Positions 49,529 to 63,858 are shown, counted from the first letter of the stretch. The stretch: 64,000 nucleotides of DNA from Gekko japonicus (GCF_001447785.1 NW_015170280.1:852122-916121); one strand, 5' to 3'. The notes: generated by a model from the sequence alone, not told the origin. Program-made: numbers and translations.

Positions 49529-52500
49529 TGAAAAGTACTGAGACCAATGAGGGATTTCAGCTCTCATACTTTTATTTGTGGTTCGGAACAAGACAAAAAA
49601 ACCCGGCTCACAGGCCGGCTTATATCCCAAGGCAGCACACACACCCAACACACACCCACACCCGTGATAGGTATTTACAGTGGCCGAGAGTTCCATAGGT
49701 CCTAACTAGTGTCCTAGTCCCTGGATTGGTGCGGCTAGGATCTGTGCAGCCCATTGTCTCTCGGAACGAAGCTCTGAGACTTTGCCTGACCTTATGGAGA
49801 TCTAGTCTTCCACGTGGTCGGACCTAGTACATAACACCCCTCCCTCCTTGGTCCAGAGTACACATGCACACATAGTCTTTGAGATAAGCAGGTGCTTTCT
49901 GTTCTCTGGAGGAGCAGCAAAGTTCTGTGGCAAAAGCTGGGGCTGAAGCCGGTACACATGACGGAGGGCTGGGGGGCGTCGGCTGTGGCGGCTCTTCAAT
50001 AGGAGTCTTGTTCAGGGAAAGTTCGTTGTTCCGAAGTGGGTCTCCGGAGTGTTGGCGAGGCGACCTGTCCGATAGTGGCCCGTTGGTGTTTCCCAGGGGT
50101 GGCTGCTACAGGGGAACTGCGGCAGGTTCTGGGGTTTCGAGGTCCCCGGCGTCTTCTGGGTCTAACAGCAGAACTCGCCAGCGTAGTTGGTCGACGTGGT
50201 GCCAGAGGAGTTGGCCATCTTCACCCGAAACCTCATAGGACCGGGGGCCCGGGATCCACGACCGTACATGGGATCCTCCGGGAAGAACCCTCTAGCCACC
50301 ACCTGTTCTGGTGCTCGATTGGGGTGGAGCTGATCCAACTGAGTCGTCAATCGCCATCCCATGAGGAGCTCAGCCGGGCTGTGTACCGTTGCTGTATGTG
50401 GGGTTGTTCGTTGTCCAAAGAGACACGCTGCCAACTTGTAATCCCAGTCTGGGGAGTCCATTCGTCTTAGCGTTTCCTTAGTGGTCCTGATCATCCGCTC
50501 GGCCTGACCATTTGTAGCTGGGTGGAACAGAGTGTACCGGATGTGATGAATCCCGTAATAATTGGCAAATTCCAGAAAGTCTGCAGAGGTGAACGCTTGA
50601 GCCATTGTTGGTGACCAGTGTGTCAGGGATCCCTTGGGCACTGAAGATTCTCCACATGGCACGGATGGCTGACTTTGATAATGTGGAGGGTACCGGCACT
50701 ACCTCCAACCACTTGCTGTAGGCATCTACTAAGATTAAAAAACAGCTGACCTTGAAACGGTCCTGCAAAGTCCAAGTGAAGGCGGGACCAGGGACAGTGT
50801 GATCATTCCCAGGTCCGGGTGGGAGCTCTGGGAGGTTCCGGCCTGGATTCTTGGCATGCAGTGCAGTATTTGACAGTGTCTTCAATATCCTTTTTTTTTT
50901 ATATATAATAATTTTTTTATTGATTTTCAAAACCTTATTAAGACATAACACACCCAAGCCCTTACCTCCACCCAAAACAAAGTACAAACGTATACACCCA
51001 CCACCTACATAAAACCACTCTCTAGGTATTTTTCCCATGTTTGATTACTGATAATATGTGATTATATACACAACCTCTTCATTAATTCTATTTTCATAGA
51101 TACTATTTCCAGATATCAAGTAACTATTTCCAGATACCAAATACCATTAATTAAAAAAAAACAAACAACAACAACCAATTGCATACACAACTCGAACTTC
51201 CTCTCTTAGGTTTCACTTAATTCACTTATATTCTGCTGGTAAACCACTCAGATTAGTCAATTGGATTGTTACTCAAATTATAAGCAGTAAATAATATGGT
51301 ATTATAAATGGTACATGTTTTGTCACCTTCCCTCTTCACTTTGCAGTTAAAGCATCTGTGCATGCACTCTCAATAATAATAATTATAAACTATAAGCCTC
51401 TTACACCTGTCTGGCTTAAAAATCATAAGGTAAATTGCTTTTACTGTATTATTGCTTTAAAGCTATCTTTTAATATCTTTTTCTAACCCATTTCAATTAA
51501 CTGTAGTCTGGCCTTGATTCATTCATAAACTTTCTGATTTATCCACCTTATCTTTTAAATTTATCAAACCACCTCCATCTCATACCTAGAAGTTACTTTC
51601 CTTAATACAGGACCTCTTATAGCTCACCTCTTTTCAAATTTAATTCTCTAAAGCTATTTTTTAACTTTTCCTTTAACATCTTACATTGAACTATAATCAA
51701 ACTTTAATTCATACAGAATCTTTTTGAATTGTCCACTTTACCCGTCAAATTTATCAAGCCGCATTTTATCTAGCCACATCCATCTCATATCTAAATTTTA
51801 CTTTCCTTAGTACACAACCACTTATACTTCAGTTCTTTTTGGGTTTCATTTTCTCTGCTTTCACTCTTGTGGCGATAATCTTTGTATTCCTTGTCTTTTT
51901 GGTAGTATTCTATGTTCCAATCAAATTGTTTGGTTCTAAAGTCTGTTTTTTTCCTTAAGTCTTTCTTCCTTTTTCTTCTCTTTCTTTTCTCCGTTTTTTC
52001 CCTATGGAGCTGGTTCAGCTGGGAAATTTTTTCACCTCTTCCTGTTCTCGCCTTTTCATCTTCCTTCCTCCTAGGCACTGAATCACTTTCTCGGGTCTTA
52101 ACTCGCGTCGGTAAATGGCACATAGAGCATTTCCTCTTGTTTAGCTGGTTGTAGTTCATGTTTTCCTTGGAGCCCTTTAACGTAATCTGTGCTGCTGTCT
52201 TCTTTATTTACAGGGCTCCATACCGTTTCTCCTATTTTATCCCAGACGAGGTTAAGTGCATTTCCTAGCTCTTCTCGAAGGCTTTTTTAAAATTGTTCAG
52301 ATCTAAGTTCAGTTAGTATTGCCTCCTTTATCGTTTTACATAACTCGGCTGTGTCCATTTTTTTTCCTGTTCTTTATTTGTCTCGGTCTCCTCTTCCTCA
52401 AACGGAGGCAACCTTTGAAAGTCCTCTTAATCCTTTTGCCCTATTTTAAAAGTGGTATAAGTTCCAGCAGGATGCTGTTTCTTACCCCAGTCGATGCGTT

Positions 52501-54400
52501 TGGTCTCCGTTCCCAAACTCTTCCTGGCCGCTTCTTTTACCATTGGGGAAAATCCGGTAGGGGATAACTTGTTTCCGTTTTAATTTGTTCAGCTTATGGT
52601 TGCAAAGGTATCCTTGCAGGTTTAGGTATCCTTCACCAACATGTAAACACGGACATAAAAGTGCTCTTCAAGCCAAAACAAAATAAAATAAAAAAGACAG
52701 TGGTTTAAAATTGCGGATGGTCGCTGCTAAGCAGGAATAGCGCGGACGCCATGTTCCTGCGCTGCCTAAACGCTCCTGCGTCGGGGCGTGCCGGTACACC
52801 CTCCCCCGTCCTTGCCATGGAAAAAAGGGGGGGCCGGTAAAGCCTCCTGCCTTGGGCTCCCTTCAGGAGACCCAAGCCGGGGTCGCCCCGAATTCGGGGC
52901 CCCCAAAAGAGCGCGAAGGAGTCAGGCGTTCCTCGGAGCTCCGAGGAAAACGCCCTAGCACAGCGCATTTCCGCCGGAAGTCTTCTCGGCCTTTTGGCTG
53001 GAAAAGCATTATCTACCTAAGTGTCTTCAATATCCTGGTCCAACCCCAGCCACCAAACATAGCTGTGGGCGAGCGCTTTCATCCGGACGAGCCCGGGATG
53101 ATTCTCATGTAGGGCAGTGAGGACTCGAATTTGCAACAGTGCTGGAATCACCACCCGACCTCCCCACATCAGGCAGCCTTTGTACGATGATAGTTCATCC
53201 TTCCTGGAAGTAAAGGCCGTAAACTCAGGGCCCCCACTGGCCACGGGCCACCCCCTCCCCACCCAGTCCAGGACCCAACAGAGGATGTGGTCCCTGGCCG
53301 GGAGGCACGCCACTTCCTTGACATGGGCGGGCCAGTTGGGGAGAGCCTCCAAGAGAGCGACTTGGTGGGCAGGGATGGGGTCGGCATCCTGGGCGGGCAG
53401 TGGAAGGCAACTCAAGGCATCCGCATGCCCCACGGCCTTCCCAGGCCGGTGGACGATCACATAGTTGTATCCCGCCAAGAAAATCGTCCAGTGGAGCACC
53501 CGGGGAGACACCATCTGAGGCGTCTGGTGATCAGGAGTCAGGAGGCCCAGGAGAGGTTTGTGATCCATAATGATTGTAAAGGGCCGGCCATACAAGTAGT
53601 GGTGGAATATTTTTACTCCCGCCACAATCGTCAATGCCTCCTTATTGATTTGCCCGTACTTGCGCTCAACCGATGATAAAGTCCTGGAATAATATGCGAC
53701 CGGCATCTGGTGGCCAGCCGGCTGGCGGTGACCCAAAACCACCCCCACCCCATAAGGAGATGCATCACAGGCCAGCACAACAGGCAACGACTCATCAAAG
53801 TGTGAAAAAAACAGCGTTAGATGTCAAAAGTCCCTTGACCACGTGAAAAGCAACTGCCTGTGCAGGGCCCCAGACCCAGGGGGCGTCTTTGTCCAGTAGG
53901 CGGTGGAGCGACTCCACCACCGTGGCTTTCAGCAGCAGAAATAAGTGATAAAAATTAAGCAGGTCCAAGAAGGCCTGCAGTTGGACTTGGAAGAGGGTGG
54001 AGGCGCTTGCGTGATGGCAGTGACCTTGTCATCCATTGGGCTGAACTCCGGGGATTCCTTTGAGGAGAGAATCCATGAAAGATTGGAAAATTCTGGGTGC
54101 CACACAGACCCCAAATTGCAATTTGGTCACCTTCATTGCACACTGATGCGAAATCCTGCGCCCTGAGTTGATTGACACCCAAAATGCAGATTCCCAGCTG
54201 TCCAAACCATAAGAGGCCCAGCAGACTTGTGAGCCTACCCTCCACCACCAGCAAGTCCAAATCCCCCTTGAAGTCTTTAAATTGCACCCTGAACTTGCTC
54301 CAGCCCCTAACAGCCACCGAGTTTTTGTTAAAGTCCCGTAATGTTAATGTTATGTCCGCTGACCGCCACCAGGGGCCAGCGAATACCCCAGAGCTTGACT
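49529..54400 (-). mobile_element. second Ty3/gypsy element (Mag/K02A2.6-like), decayed: protease end, RT remnant, RNase H, integrase, PPT, 3' LTR 49529-49836
   Basis: CDASPYGVG, PVAYYSRTL, DHKPL (53017-53787); LHENHPG..SYVWW; VDAYSKW, HPATNGQAER; PPT GGAGGGAGGGG (49837-49847) abutting TGTTAT. Confidence 0.92.
50891..53019 (-). mobile_element. 2.1-kb L1-mobilised retroposon lacking ORF2 (HAL1-like), inserted in gypsy integrase
   Basis: 16-bp TSD AGTGTCTTCAATATCC (50875-50890, 53020-53035), poly(A) tail, CpG-rich 5' end, K/E/R-rich ORF remnant 51791-52159, no RT motifs seen. Confidence 0.8.
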
Positions 54401-55639
54401 TTGTAAGAACAATGGGGACTAGGCTCCTAGTCTCTCATCCAAATACTAGCCAGGGCTGACCCTGCTTAGTTTCCGAGATCTGATGAGGTCGGGCTAGCCT
54501 GGGTCATCTAAGTCAGAGTGCACCAGGGAGACCTGAGTTCAAATCCCCACTTGCTAGGTCGTCTTGGACAACAGTGCTTTTCCTCAGCCTAACCTACCTC
54601 ACTGGACTGTTGGCAACAATCAAATAATGGGGGGGGATGACCATGGGCACCATCCTGGGCTCCTAGGAGGAAAGGAAAAATAAAAGTAAGGAACTACCCC
54701 TATTCCAGCCTCAAAAGACCTCAGAAAAGTGAGCCAGTTCTTGCCACAACTCCCCCACCCTGCTTTGTTTGCTGTTTCCAGATGGGAGCTTGGCAGTGCC
54801 CCCAAGGATTGCAACTGGCACAAGGAAAACCATAAAAAAGAAAACATACTAGCAAAAAAGAAAAAAGAAGAAGGCTCACGTCTGTGTCAATGGCCCTGTT
54901 CTGTTACTCAGAACTACAGCTGTCCTACTGGCTTAAGAGATGCAATGCTAAATCTGAAGATTCAGCAGCTTACTTCAATCCTATATTGCACTGTGCTTGC
55001 GTCTGTGAAACCACATGCTGAGCAGCCCTAATGGTAGAGGAAGTAGGAAATAAATGTATGGCCCCGTTCACACGGAGCATTTGCCGCGCTAAAGAGATGG
55101 ATGATAGGCGGATTTTCCGGGCGCGATCACACCGCAACATCTGGGAAGCATAGCGCTCCCGTGGCTTACCCGTGGCTTCCCGCCGAAGATGTGGATTAAA
55201 AAACTAGTACCTACGAGGTACTAGTTTCCAGAAGATGCGGGGCAAGGGCAGGCGTCTGATCACGTCCCGTCCTAGTCCCGTTGCAAACCGGTTACTTTTT
55301 TCCCCCAGTCTGCACAGGATGCGCACAATCATGTGCATGCTCACCTTCTGGTGAAAAAAAATTCCCGATTGCCACGGAAGCGGCGCCTAGCGATTGCTGG
55401 TGTGATCACGCCCCACCGCTTCTTTGCAAGAGAGCCGTGTGATCGGCACCTCCCGCACTAACAACGGGACCTCTACGAGACGTATGATCGTGCGGCCACG
55501 CGTTGTTTTGCTCCGGGGCAAACAGCCACGCTCCCCCCCCCCGCATCACTTGCACAGCCCTTAAGAGCAGGTTGTGGGGAGAGGGAGAGAGGAGTGCCAC
55601 GGGATCTCATGCACACGTCTTTCACATCAGCTACTACCT

Positions 55640-55950
55640 GGTCCATGGAAGCAGTGACAGACTTCATGTTCCTGGAATCCAAGATCACTGCAGACAGTGA
55701 CTGCAGCCGTGAAATTAAGACGCCTGCTCCTTGGGAGGAAAGTGATGCCAAACCTTGACAGCACAATAAAAAGATTGAAGGTCAAAGAAGGAGGGGACTG
55801 CAAAGGATGAGATGGTTAGACAGTGTTACCGATGCAATGAACATGAAATTGAGCAAACTCCAGAGGATGGCGGAAGACAGGAGGGCCTGGCGTTATGTGG
55901 TCCATGGAGTCGCAGAGTCGGACTCGATTGTGCCACTGAACAACAACAAA
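55640..55950 (+). mobile_element. RTE/BovB LINE 3' fragment with internal deletion
   Basis: CCAAGATCACTGCAGA...GAAATTAAGACG joined to GGATGAGATGGTTAGA...GTCCATGGAGTCGCAGAGTCGGAC; CTGAACAACAACAA tail. Confidence 0.88.
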
Positions 55951-55978
55951 AGTGCCAGTACTCAGCTGGGGATGTGGG

Positions 55979-56184
55979 CAATGCTCCCTCTAAGCTGTGG
56001 AGTCTTGTGAGCAAAAATTCTACTTTGTGAGCTACTGGCATTAAAGCTGTGAGCGAGGGATTTGGCTGCTGCATGAATTAGCTTGCTTTGGAGCCCTTCT
56101 TCCTGAGCTAAGACAAAAATCTGTGAGCTGGAGGCTAAAAAACAGTGAGCTAGCTCACACTAACTCAGCTTAGAGGGAACATTG
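55979..56184. mobile_element. hAT-type MITE (inverted copy of 7338-7543 family)
   Basis: Same TIRs, 8-bp TSD GATGTGGG. Confidence 0.9.
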
Positions 56185-56689
56185 GATGTGGGCCATGGAA
56201 TGCTTTGCAAGGATGCAGAGATCATGCTGCACATGTGTAAAGGGCATCCACTACAAGGGACCCTGAAGCACAGCTGATTGACTCCTGTGACACAGCGTCT
56301 GGGGCCAGCAACCAAACATCTGGGGGAGAATGAAAGGTCAGCCCCATTCTCTCTTCCCAGACCTGGTACATACATGGAGAAGGTGGTAGAATCCACTGCA
56401 TCAGGCAGGATAAACCTCTGATTTCCCCTTTGCACCAAAAAGTCCCTGCAAATGGAAAGCCAGCGAAACAAGACCAGTTTTTTGCCTGAAAGGTGGGCTG
56501 TTTGCAGAACCATCCCAACAACAAGCATTTCCCCTGCAGTTTGACACGGTAAAATCTCCCCACCCCGTCCTGTTTCCTCATCTGTACCGCACGTGTGAAC
56601 CAGTCCGCCGTGCACATAGTTCAAACGACTGGAAAAACACTTGATGTGTACCTTGCAATTCGACATACAGGGTGAGGGGTTAAATAAAT

Positions 56690-56972
56690 ACGGGAGCACA
56701 CACAGCGCCCGGGACGACCGAAAACGCCACTCTCCCAAAACACACACACGTACTAGAAGCCACGCAGGCGCGCCACCCACATCCCGTCCTTTTGGTCGGC
56801 ATGACGCTCTCCAATCAGAGCCCATAAGGTGGCGCTCTCCCGCGCCTATTGGGTATGAAGTGCATCCAAAGCGGGGGGCGGGGCTAGAGCAGGGGCCAAT
56901 GGACAGGTGTGGGGGGCGGGCTTCCCGGCACATGCCTTTCCTCCGGGAGGGCCAAGCAAGGGGATAGTTGTG
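56690..56972 (+). promoter_or_regulatory. AK2: AK2 CpG-island promoter with CCAAT and GC boxes
   Basis: CCAAT 56811-56815, ATTGG 56848-56852, CCAAT 56896-56900, GGGGCGGG boxes near 56876 and 56913; high CpG. Confidence 0.75.
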
Positions 56973-57077
56973 ATGGCTCCGAGCGCGGAAAGTGGAGAGG
57001 GAGCCCTCGGCCGGGGGGTCCGCAAAGGCATCCGGGCTGTACTGCTGGGGCCGCCCGGGGCCGGGAAGGGAACCCAG
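56973..57077 (+). CDS. AK2: adenylate kinase 2 exon 1 (MAPSAESGEG...IRAVLLGPPGAGKGTQ)
   Basis: P-loop GPPGAGKGTQ; CAG|GTGAGG donor. Confidence 0.95.
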
Positions 57078-60000
57078 GTGAGGGGACCCAGGTGTCCGAG
57101 AGTCTCAGCTGCCTCTTGCTGGAGGAACCTAGGCGCTTTAGCGGGCCCCGTAGGAAACCTGGAGCGGCGGCGGCGGCTGTCTTGCTTTCTTTCTTCTATG
57201 CTGGGAATGCCCTGGAATCTGGGATTCCAGCGCGCTCAAGCCCCTGGCTTCTCGCAGTCTGAGGAGGGTTCATACGTGTGGCGGGAAATGAGGCGAGTTG
57301 AATGGGCTGCAAGAGGTGGTTTCCAATACTGAAAGTGCCTTTGTGTTTTTTTTTAAAAAGGTCAGTGCAACTTGCACAGCAGGAGGTCAATGCAAGTAGT
57401 ACACTAGCGCAACGTAACTCTTCTCACTTAGCTTGCTGTGCCGGTTTTACAGTTTTTAGCCCTGGGGAGCTTTCCGTATTGTGGTTCAGCCGTCTGCCGC
57501 CCCTTCTAGGGTGCAGAGAAAGGGAACAAATGGCAGAAGCAACTTGCAAGTAGGGGAACTTCCATAGAGTGCCCAGACAAGTAGTCTACATCTGTAAGCG
57601 ACTTGCTTCAGTGGATCTGAAGGTTAACCCTTTGCAGCAGATGTTTTTACTCCTAATATAAATTTTACTTGAAAGGCGTGGAGTCTGAATAGGTTCCTTG
57701 TTTGGGTGCTTCCCCCCCCCCTTTTTGAGGCAGGCTGTTCTGCCTTATGAATCAGGCCTCGTGATGTCTTGAATTTGGTTGCACCTTCAGTGCATGAACA
57801 TCTGGAGTTGCTTGCCTTGTGCATCTTCTGTGTGTGTCCCGTACAGCCCCTGGTATCTCCAGAGAAGAGGCAAGGCCTCAGCCTTGGTGATTCCCTGACA
57901 CTTGGAGTAGGGAGACCTGGATGGTGCTGGTGTTTCTTGAGAGATGTGCTTCCTGTGCATGTGTGTGCCCTGCACCCTTTCTCCCACAAAGTAGTACACC
58001 TGCTTGTAGAAGCTGCATTCCTAGTGGTAAAAATTTGAGGGAAGTGCCAGTCCTGTGGCTGGTATGTGAAATAGATGACTGGGGTAGAATATCTTCTCAT
58101 ATTTTCTCACCCTATTTTAGGACCAGCTGTTTCACTTAAAACTGGACCTTCCAAAACACAAAGTACTTTTGGGGTGGGCTTCCACCCCTGTGTGACCACA
58201 GCTTCCCTCTTTGCTTGCCCTGAGTAATCTCCCTTCTGTTTTGTTGCAAGGCATACAGCTTGCCCTTTGTGCTATCTTGGGTGGGGCACAGTGCCATGTC
58301 TGAAGTAATCTGTCAAGTTGTTTCTTAAAAACTTTTCTTGCAAAACTAGTTTCCTTCTGTATATTTCAGCAATTCCCAAACGGCTCTGTTAGTTTCACTG
58401 CTTTGGCCTTGCGTACCAGAGGTCAGATTCTGATGGACTATGTAATTTTGCCCCCTCTCTGCATTTGGGGTGATTGAATGGTCCAGCCACCTGGTACAGG
58501 GGGTTGCCCTAGCCCTCAGGAGGCTGCCTCTTGCATCTCTGCATGAGTTACTGTTCTCATCTCCTTCTAATAAATCCTAACAACATATTTTTATGTCTGT
58601 AAGAATGAAGTGTCTCCATATTTCATTTCAGAAAATAATTAAGAAAAAAGGTGTTCTTTGGCTATAGGTTGTTTGGGAAACCCAAATTAATGTGTTGCAG
58701 GGGGTGGGGAAGACTCATGAGGTTAAAGGTTGGGCATCCTGGAGCCATCTTTGCTTTCCCTTACCTTCCTCTGTACTGTTACCTAATCCCCCCACCCCTC
58801 TTCCATTCAATTAGCAGTCCTCTCTCTTCCTTCTGGCCCACAACCCCATCAGTTCTGGGTAGGGGCAGTAGTTTGAGTCTGCTGTCTATACAACACTTAG
58901 CACATTGGAGGCTGCATCTTTTACTCAGCGAGCATCTATCACTGAGGTAATACATAAGCTTCTGACTTAGAGAGTTCTTCAATGGCAAGCTTTCTACTGA
59001 AGAGTTCTGTGTAACTCGGAAGTCTGCATACTCTTGTATCATTAACATTTGGTCTAGTGAAAAATCCTACATGTATGCTTTGTGTTGTCTCCAGGGTATA
59101 GCAGTCACTGACTGAAGGTAAGAATACACTGAGGGTGCTAGTTCCTGGTTTTCTTTCCTTCTCTAAGTATTACAGGTATAATGGCTGGATCTTGCAACTG
59201 GAATTTCAGATAATATTTTCTGCTATTCACAGGCTGGTCATTACAATCCCTTTTTCTCTGCTAGGAGGTGAATGTCTACCACAACCAAGCCCCTGCTGCC
59301 AGGAGAGGGCAGTGCGGGCGTCACTGAGACTATTCTTCATATAACACATGATTTAATTGCTTAAGATGTGGTAGTAGACTATAGCCCATCCTCTGCTATG
59401 CAAAACTGGCCACCTCTGCTTATCTTTTGCTTTGAAAACCCCATGGTCCTGGGGTCACCATGAGTGGGCTTTGACTTGAAGGTACACAATTATTATTAAA
59501 GATGTGATGGCTGCTAACGTAAATTGTTTTGGAAAAAGTTAGAGAAATTCATAGCTGCTGACATACCTGCCCTCTATTAGCTATGATAGTCAAAGGTGGA
59601 CTGGCCATTTAACTGACAGGGAAAGTTCCCGGTGAGCTGATGTCAAGTAGAGTCAGGCCTTGGGTGCTCTGCCTGTGCTGCAGGGGCCTCTTAGTGCAGA
59701 CTTGGTCAGTCATCCAGTGATAGGAGTCGACTCACCTGTACCATTGAAGCGGCCTTCTACTGAGTCACACCCTTGATCCATCAAGGTCAGTCTTGTCTGC
59801 TCTGAATGGCTGTAGCTCTGCACCGCCTCAGGTCTTTCACATAATCTGCTACTTCATCCTTTTAACTGGCGATGTCCAGGATTGAACCTAAGACCTTCTG
59901 CATGCCACACAAATGTTCTGTCACTGAGCCATGGTTCTTCTCCTATCTGCTCCTAGTTGATGGCACTGCAGAAGGATGCAAGGGGTGAGCCAACACCCAT

Positions 60001-60356
60001 TGATGGCATTGCTGGCCAGACCTAAGTTTTTGGCTTGCTCTCCTGGACCATGCGAACTTCTTAGTCCGCCCCGATGCCTTCATGTACAGAAGCAGTATAC
60101 CTGATGCAGTGGGTGAGGAATGGGCAAGGGTAGTGACTTCATTCCATCCTTGTTGGCTTCCTAGAAGCATTTGGCTGGCCTCTGATGGAGATGGGATGTG
60201 AGACAACATAGTCCGGGCTTTCCTCTTCCTTCTTGGCCATCTGGACTTCCTTCTCCCAGCTCCTGAGACAGCATAAGTGATGGCTGGCTGGAGGGAAGGT
60301 GTTTGGCAGGCCCCGTTGCAGGTATCACTTTTCCACCAGCAGTTCTAAATTCTTGA

Positions 60357-60602
<246 letters not shown>

Positions 60603-62385
60603 TGAAGCCCTTCCCTTTTCCCGGATCCATTGAGCCTCTTCTCCCCCTCCCCCGGTATACAGAACGTATGTGGCTGGCAGCGATCAGATCTCTCCCCAAA
60701 GATAGGCTCCAGCCCTTAATGTGTATCCTGGAATGGAAATTTACAACCAGGGTGGCGTGCAGGCCAGAGACTTACTGAGTAAAGTGTGGGACCTTGTGTG
60801 CACGTTCCCCTTGCCATTCTGGTTGTAAATTTTATGTGTGAAATGGTTTAATAGAGTGGAATTTGGCATTCAAAGCATCTTTAATTTTATTTTAGACCCC
60901 CTCCCCCATTCCGAGCTGCAGAGATGGAAGACTTCTTCTCTCCATCCATCCCGCTTCATAGTTGTGCTTGGATTTGCTGCCTGCTGAAATACATTGGGGG
61001 AAGACAGCTTGCAAATACACAATGGAGGGGGGCATTTATTATCGCCTGCCGGAAATGGAGGAGACTTGGTTGCAAGGGGATTGTTCCTCTCTCCTTTGCA
61101 CCTCAGGCCTGGTCAATAACTTAAATATTTCTAGTTTGAAGGCTTTATGTTACATTGTTTTTTGAAGGAAGTAGCACTTTTGTTTTTTCTCTCCCACCCC
61201 CCTCTTCCAATTTGGACTTGGAAAGCTGAAAGTTTAAAAGAGTTGGCCTCATAAAGGCCCTTCTTGCTTGCATGCTGCTGCTTTTGCTGACCACTGTGGA
61301 CCCAGAGCAAATGGCTTCCTTTTGTTCTGCAACTGCTGGGTGGCCTCCAAGTGTGGTTTTGTTATTGTTAGAGCAGAGCTGTGATGGGTCACGCAGCCTT
61401 CTGCTATTGCCGGGCTAGGAGAGGCGGGGCCTTGGCAGAAGCAGCTGCGGGGGGCTAGATAAAGCTATTGTCCCCTAGAGCCAATAATCTGCCTTGGCTA
61501 GGTGCCTCACCCCTGGACCTTGGGACAGGAGATAATGGGAAGTCATTCCATGCTCAGGGCATCAGAAATGCTCTTGTGTATGTCAGTTAATATAAGATGA
61601 ATACATTTGAAGTACCTGGGGAAAGTCAGGCAGGAGACTATTTTCCGGCCCTTAGCTGTGAACAGAATGCTTACCTGGCAGCACCTCTGCTTGTGCAGTC
61701 TTCTAGACCACAGTGGCCCTCAAGTGGATGGCAGGTACAGTGTAGAAAGTTGCTTACAGAGCTATTAGATTTGGTTGCCAAGTACAGCTGCCTTCGCACT
61801 ACAGCTGTTCAGAAGTCAAATGTCAGGGAGAAATTGCTTTGACCCCTGGAGTGCTGGAAAATCATGGGTGCAGGACACTGTGCTAGAGTTCTTGGCCCTT
61901 CCTGGTTTCCAGGCCTCTTGTGCAGCGATTTCTCAAATGGGGGGGGGGGGTCAGGAGGACCTGATGAAAGTGAGTTTGAGACTTTTTTGCAGGTGGTCGC
62001 GAGCCCAGGAGAGAGGAGGTGGAACAGAATAAGCTCAGATCAGCAACTCTGGGAGGCCTAATGGCCATTTTGGGTTTGCTTCTGTACATGTACAGGAAGG
62101 CCACAACATGTTGCCCAACAGTAATATATGCTTATAAATGGTAAAAATGAAGCATAAAACTTGCATGGAATCAATAGCTGTGAGATTCTCGTGTTTTTGT
62201 GTTGAGCAAGGAGTTAATCTGCAAGCGGAGCCCCCAAAAGTAAAGCAAGCATAGAAGTGGGTCCCACTTGAATACTCTTCTACTTCTTGAATTTCAAGTT
62301 TTATTTTGTGAAGAATTACAGGAGGAATTTTGCAGTGGGGGGGGGGGGGTCCAATTCTGCAGGGTGGTCCAGAAGGCCAGGTTGA

Positions 62386-62745
<360 letters not shown>

Positions 62746-63763
62746 TAGAGGCCTTTTGTGATGTGGTGGTCTCGTCATATAGGGTTTGTAGTTAATTTAA
62801 GGGGCTGGTCAAACGCTCCTGGCAGATCCTGGATTAGTTCAGAGCTAGTTCTTTTGGTGCAGAGGAAACAAACCGGCCCAATCCAGTTTGGAGCATGACT
62901 AATATCAGAGCTGGCCCCGCAGCTGTGCCATCCAATTCATTGCCTGCAGTGGAACAGTAGAGGAGGGCACCAATGCACTGCAGGGGCTCAACTCACCCCA
63001 TGGGATCAGCTGCGTGGGGAGTGACTGGCATTCCCACTTGGGACAGCTGGATCCAAGCCAGGCCCCTCTGCCAGTGCTGCAGGAGTTGGCTTGGGGCCAG
63101 CCGGTAGTGGTGCAAGCCTGGGGTGGGAGTGGTGCCCCTTGCTTTGGGTAACACAGTCCCTTGAATCAGCCCGGAATCAGGAAGCCTGTCTTTTTTCAAA
63201 GGTCCTCTTATTTAGAGCAAGGAAATATGGGTAGCTGTTGCTTTCTTTTTCTTTCCCCCTGAAAAGAAAAGCAGTGCAGAGTGGAAATTATGGCAGTGCT
63301 ACTGAAGCAGCACTATGAGAGGTTCTAGCAAGAAGGTGTTTTCCTGCTGGTGTGAATTTGGGAGTCTGTGGAAGTGCAAGGCCACCTGCGAGTTCTGAGT
63401 TGGGCGTTCTCGTGGACTCCCTTTTTTTTTTTTGCTGTCAAATCACAGCTGACTTAGGGTAACCCTGTGGGGTTTCAAGGCAAGAGAGATTCAAAGGTGG
63501 TCTGCCAGTTGCCTGCCTTCATCTCGCAACCCTGGTATTCATTGCTGGTCTCCCTTCGAAATACTGACCAGGGCCAGCCCTGCTTAGCTTCCAAATTCTG
63601 ATGAGATCGAGGTAGCCCGGACCATTCAGGTCAGGGCTGCATGCTCCTACTAAGCAGCAATTCCCAAGCCTCTCTCTCTCTTTAAGCAGCCTAGCTTGAT
63701 CTGAATCTACCTGCTCTGTGCTGTAATAAACTTTCTCTCCCTTCCCTCTTGAAATGTTAACAG

Positions 63764-63858
63764 CTTGATGAGCTCATGGAGAAGAGGAAAGAGAATCTAG
63801 ATTCCGTCATTGAATTCAGCATCGCCGACTCCTTACTCATCCGGAGGGTCACAGGACG
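63764..63858 (+). CDS. AK2: AK2 exon 4 ([32 protein letters not shown]); gene continues beyond window
   Basis: Hand translation; CAG acceptor, GTAAGA donor; 95 nt. Confidence 0.95.

Noticed and set aside
56160-56933. 257-aa antisense ORF from the AK2 promoter
   Set aside because: No homology or motif, and it ends inside a MITE; typical CpG-island ORF noise.
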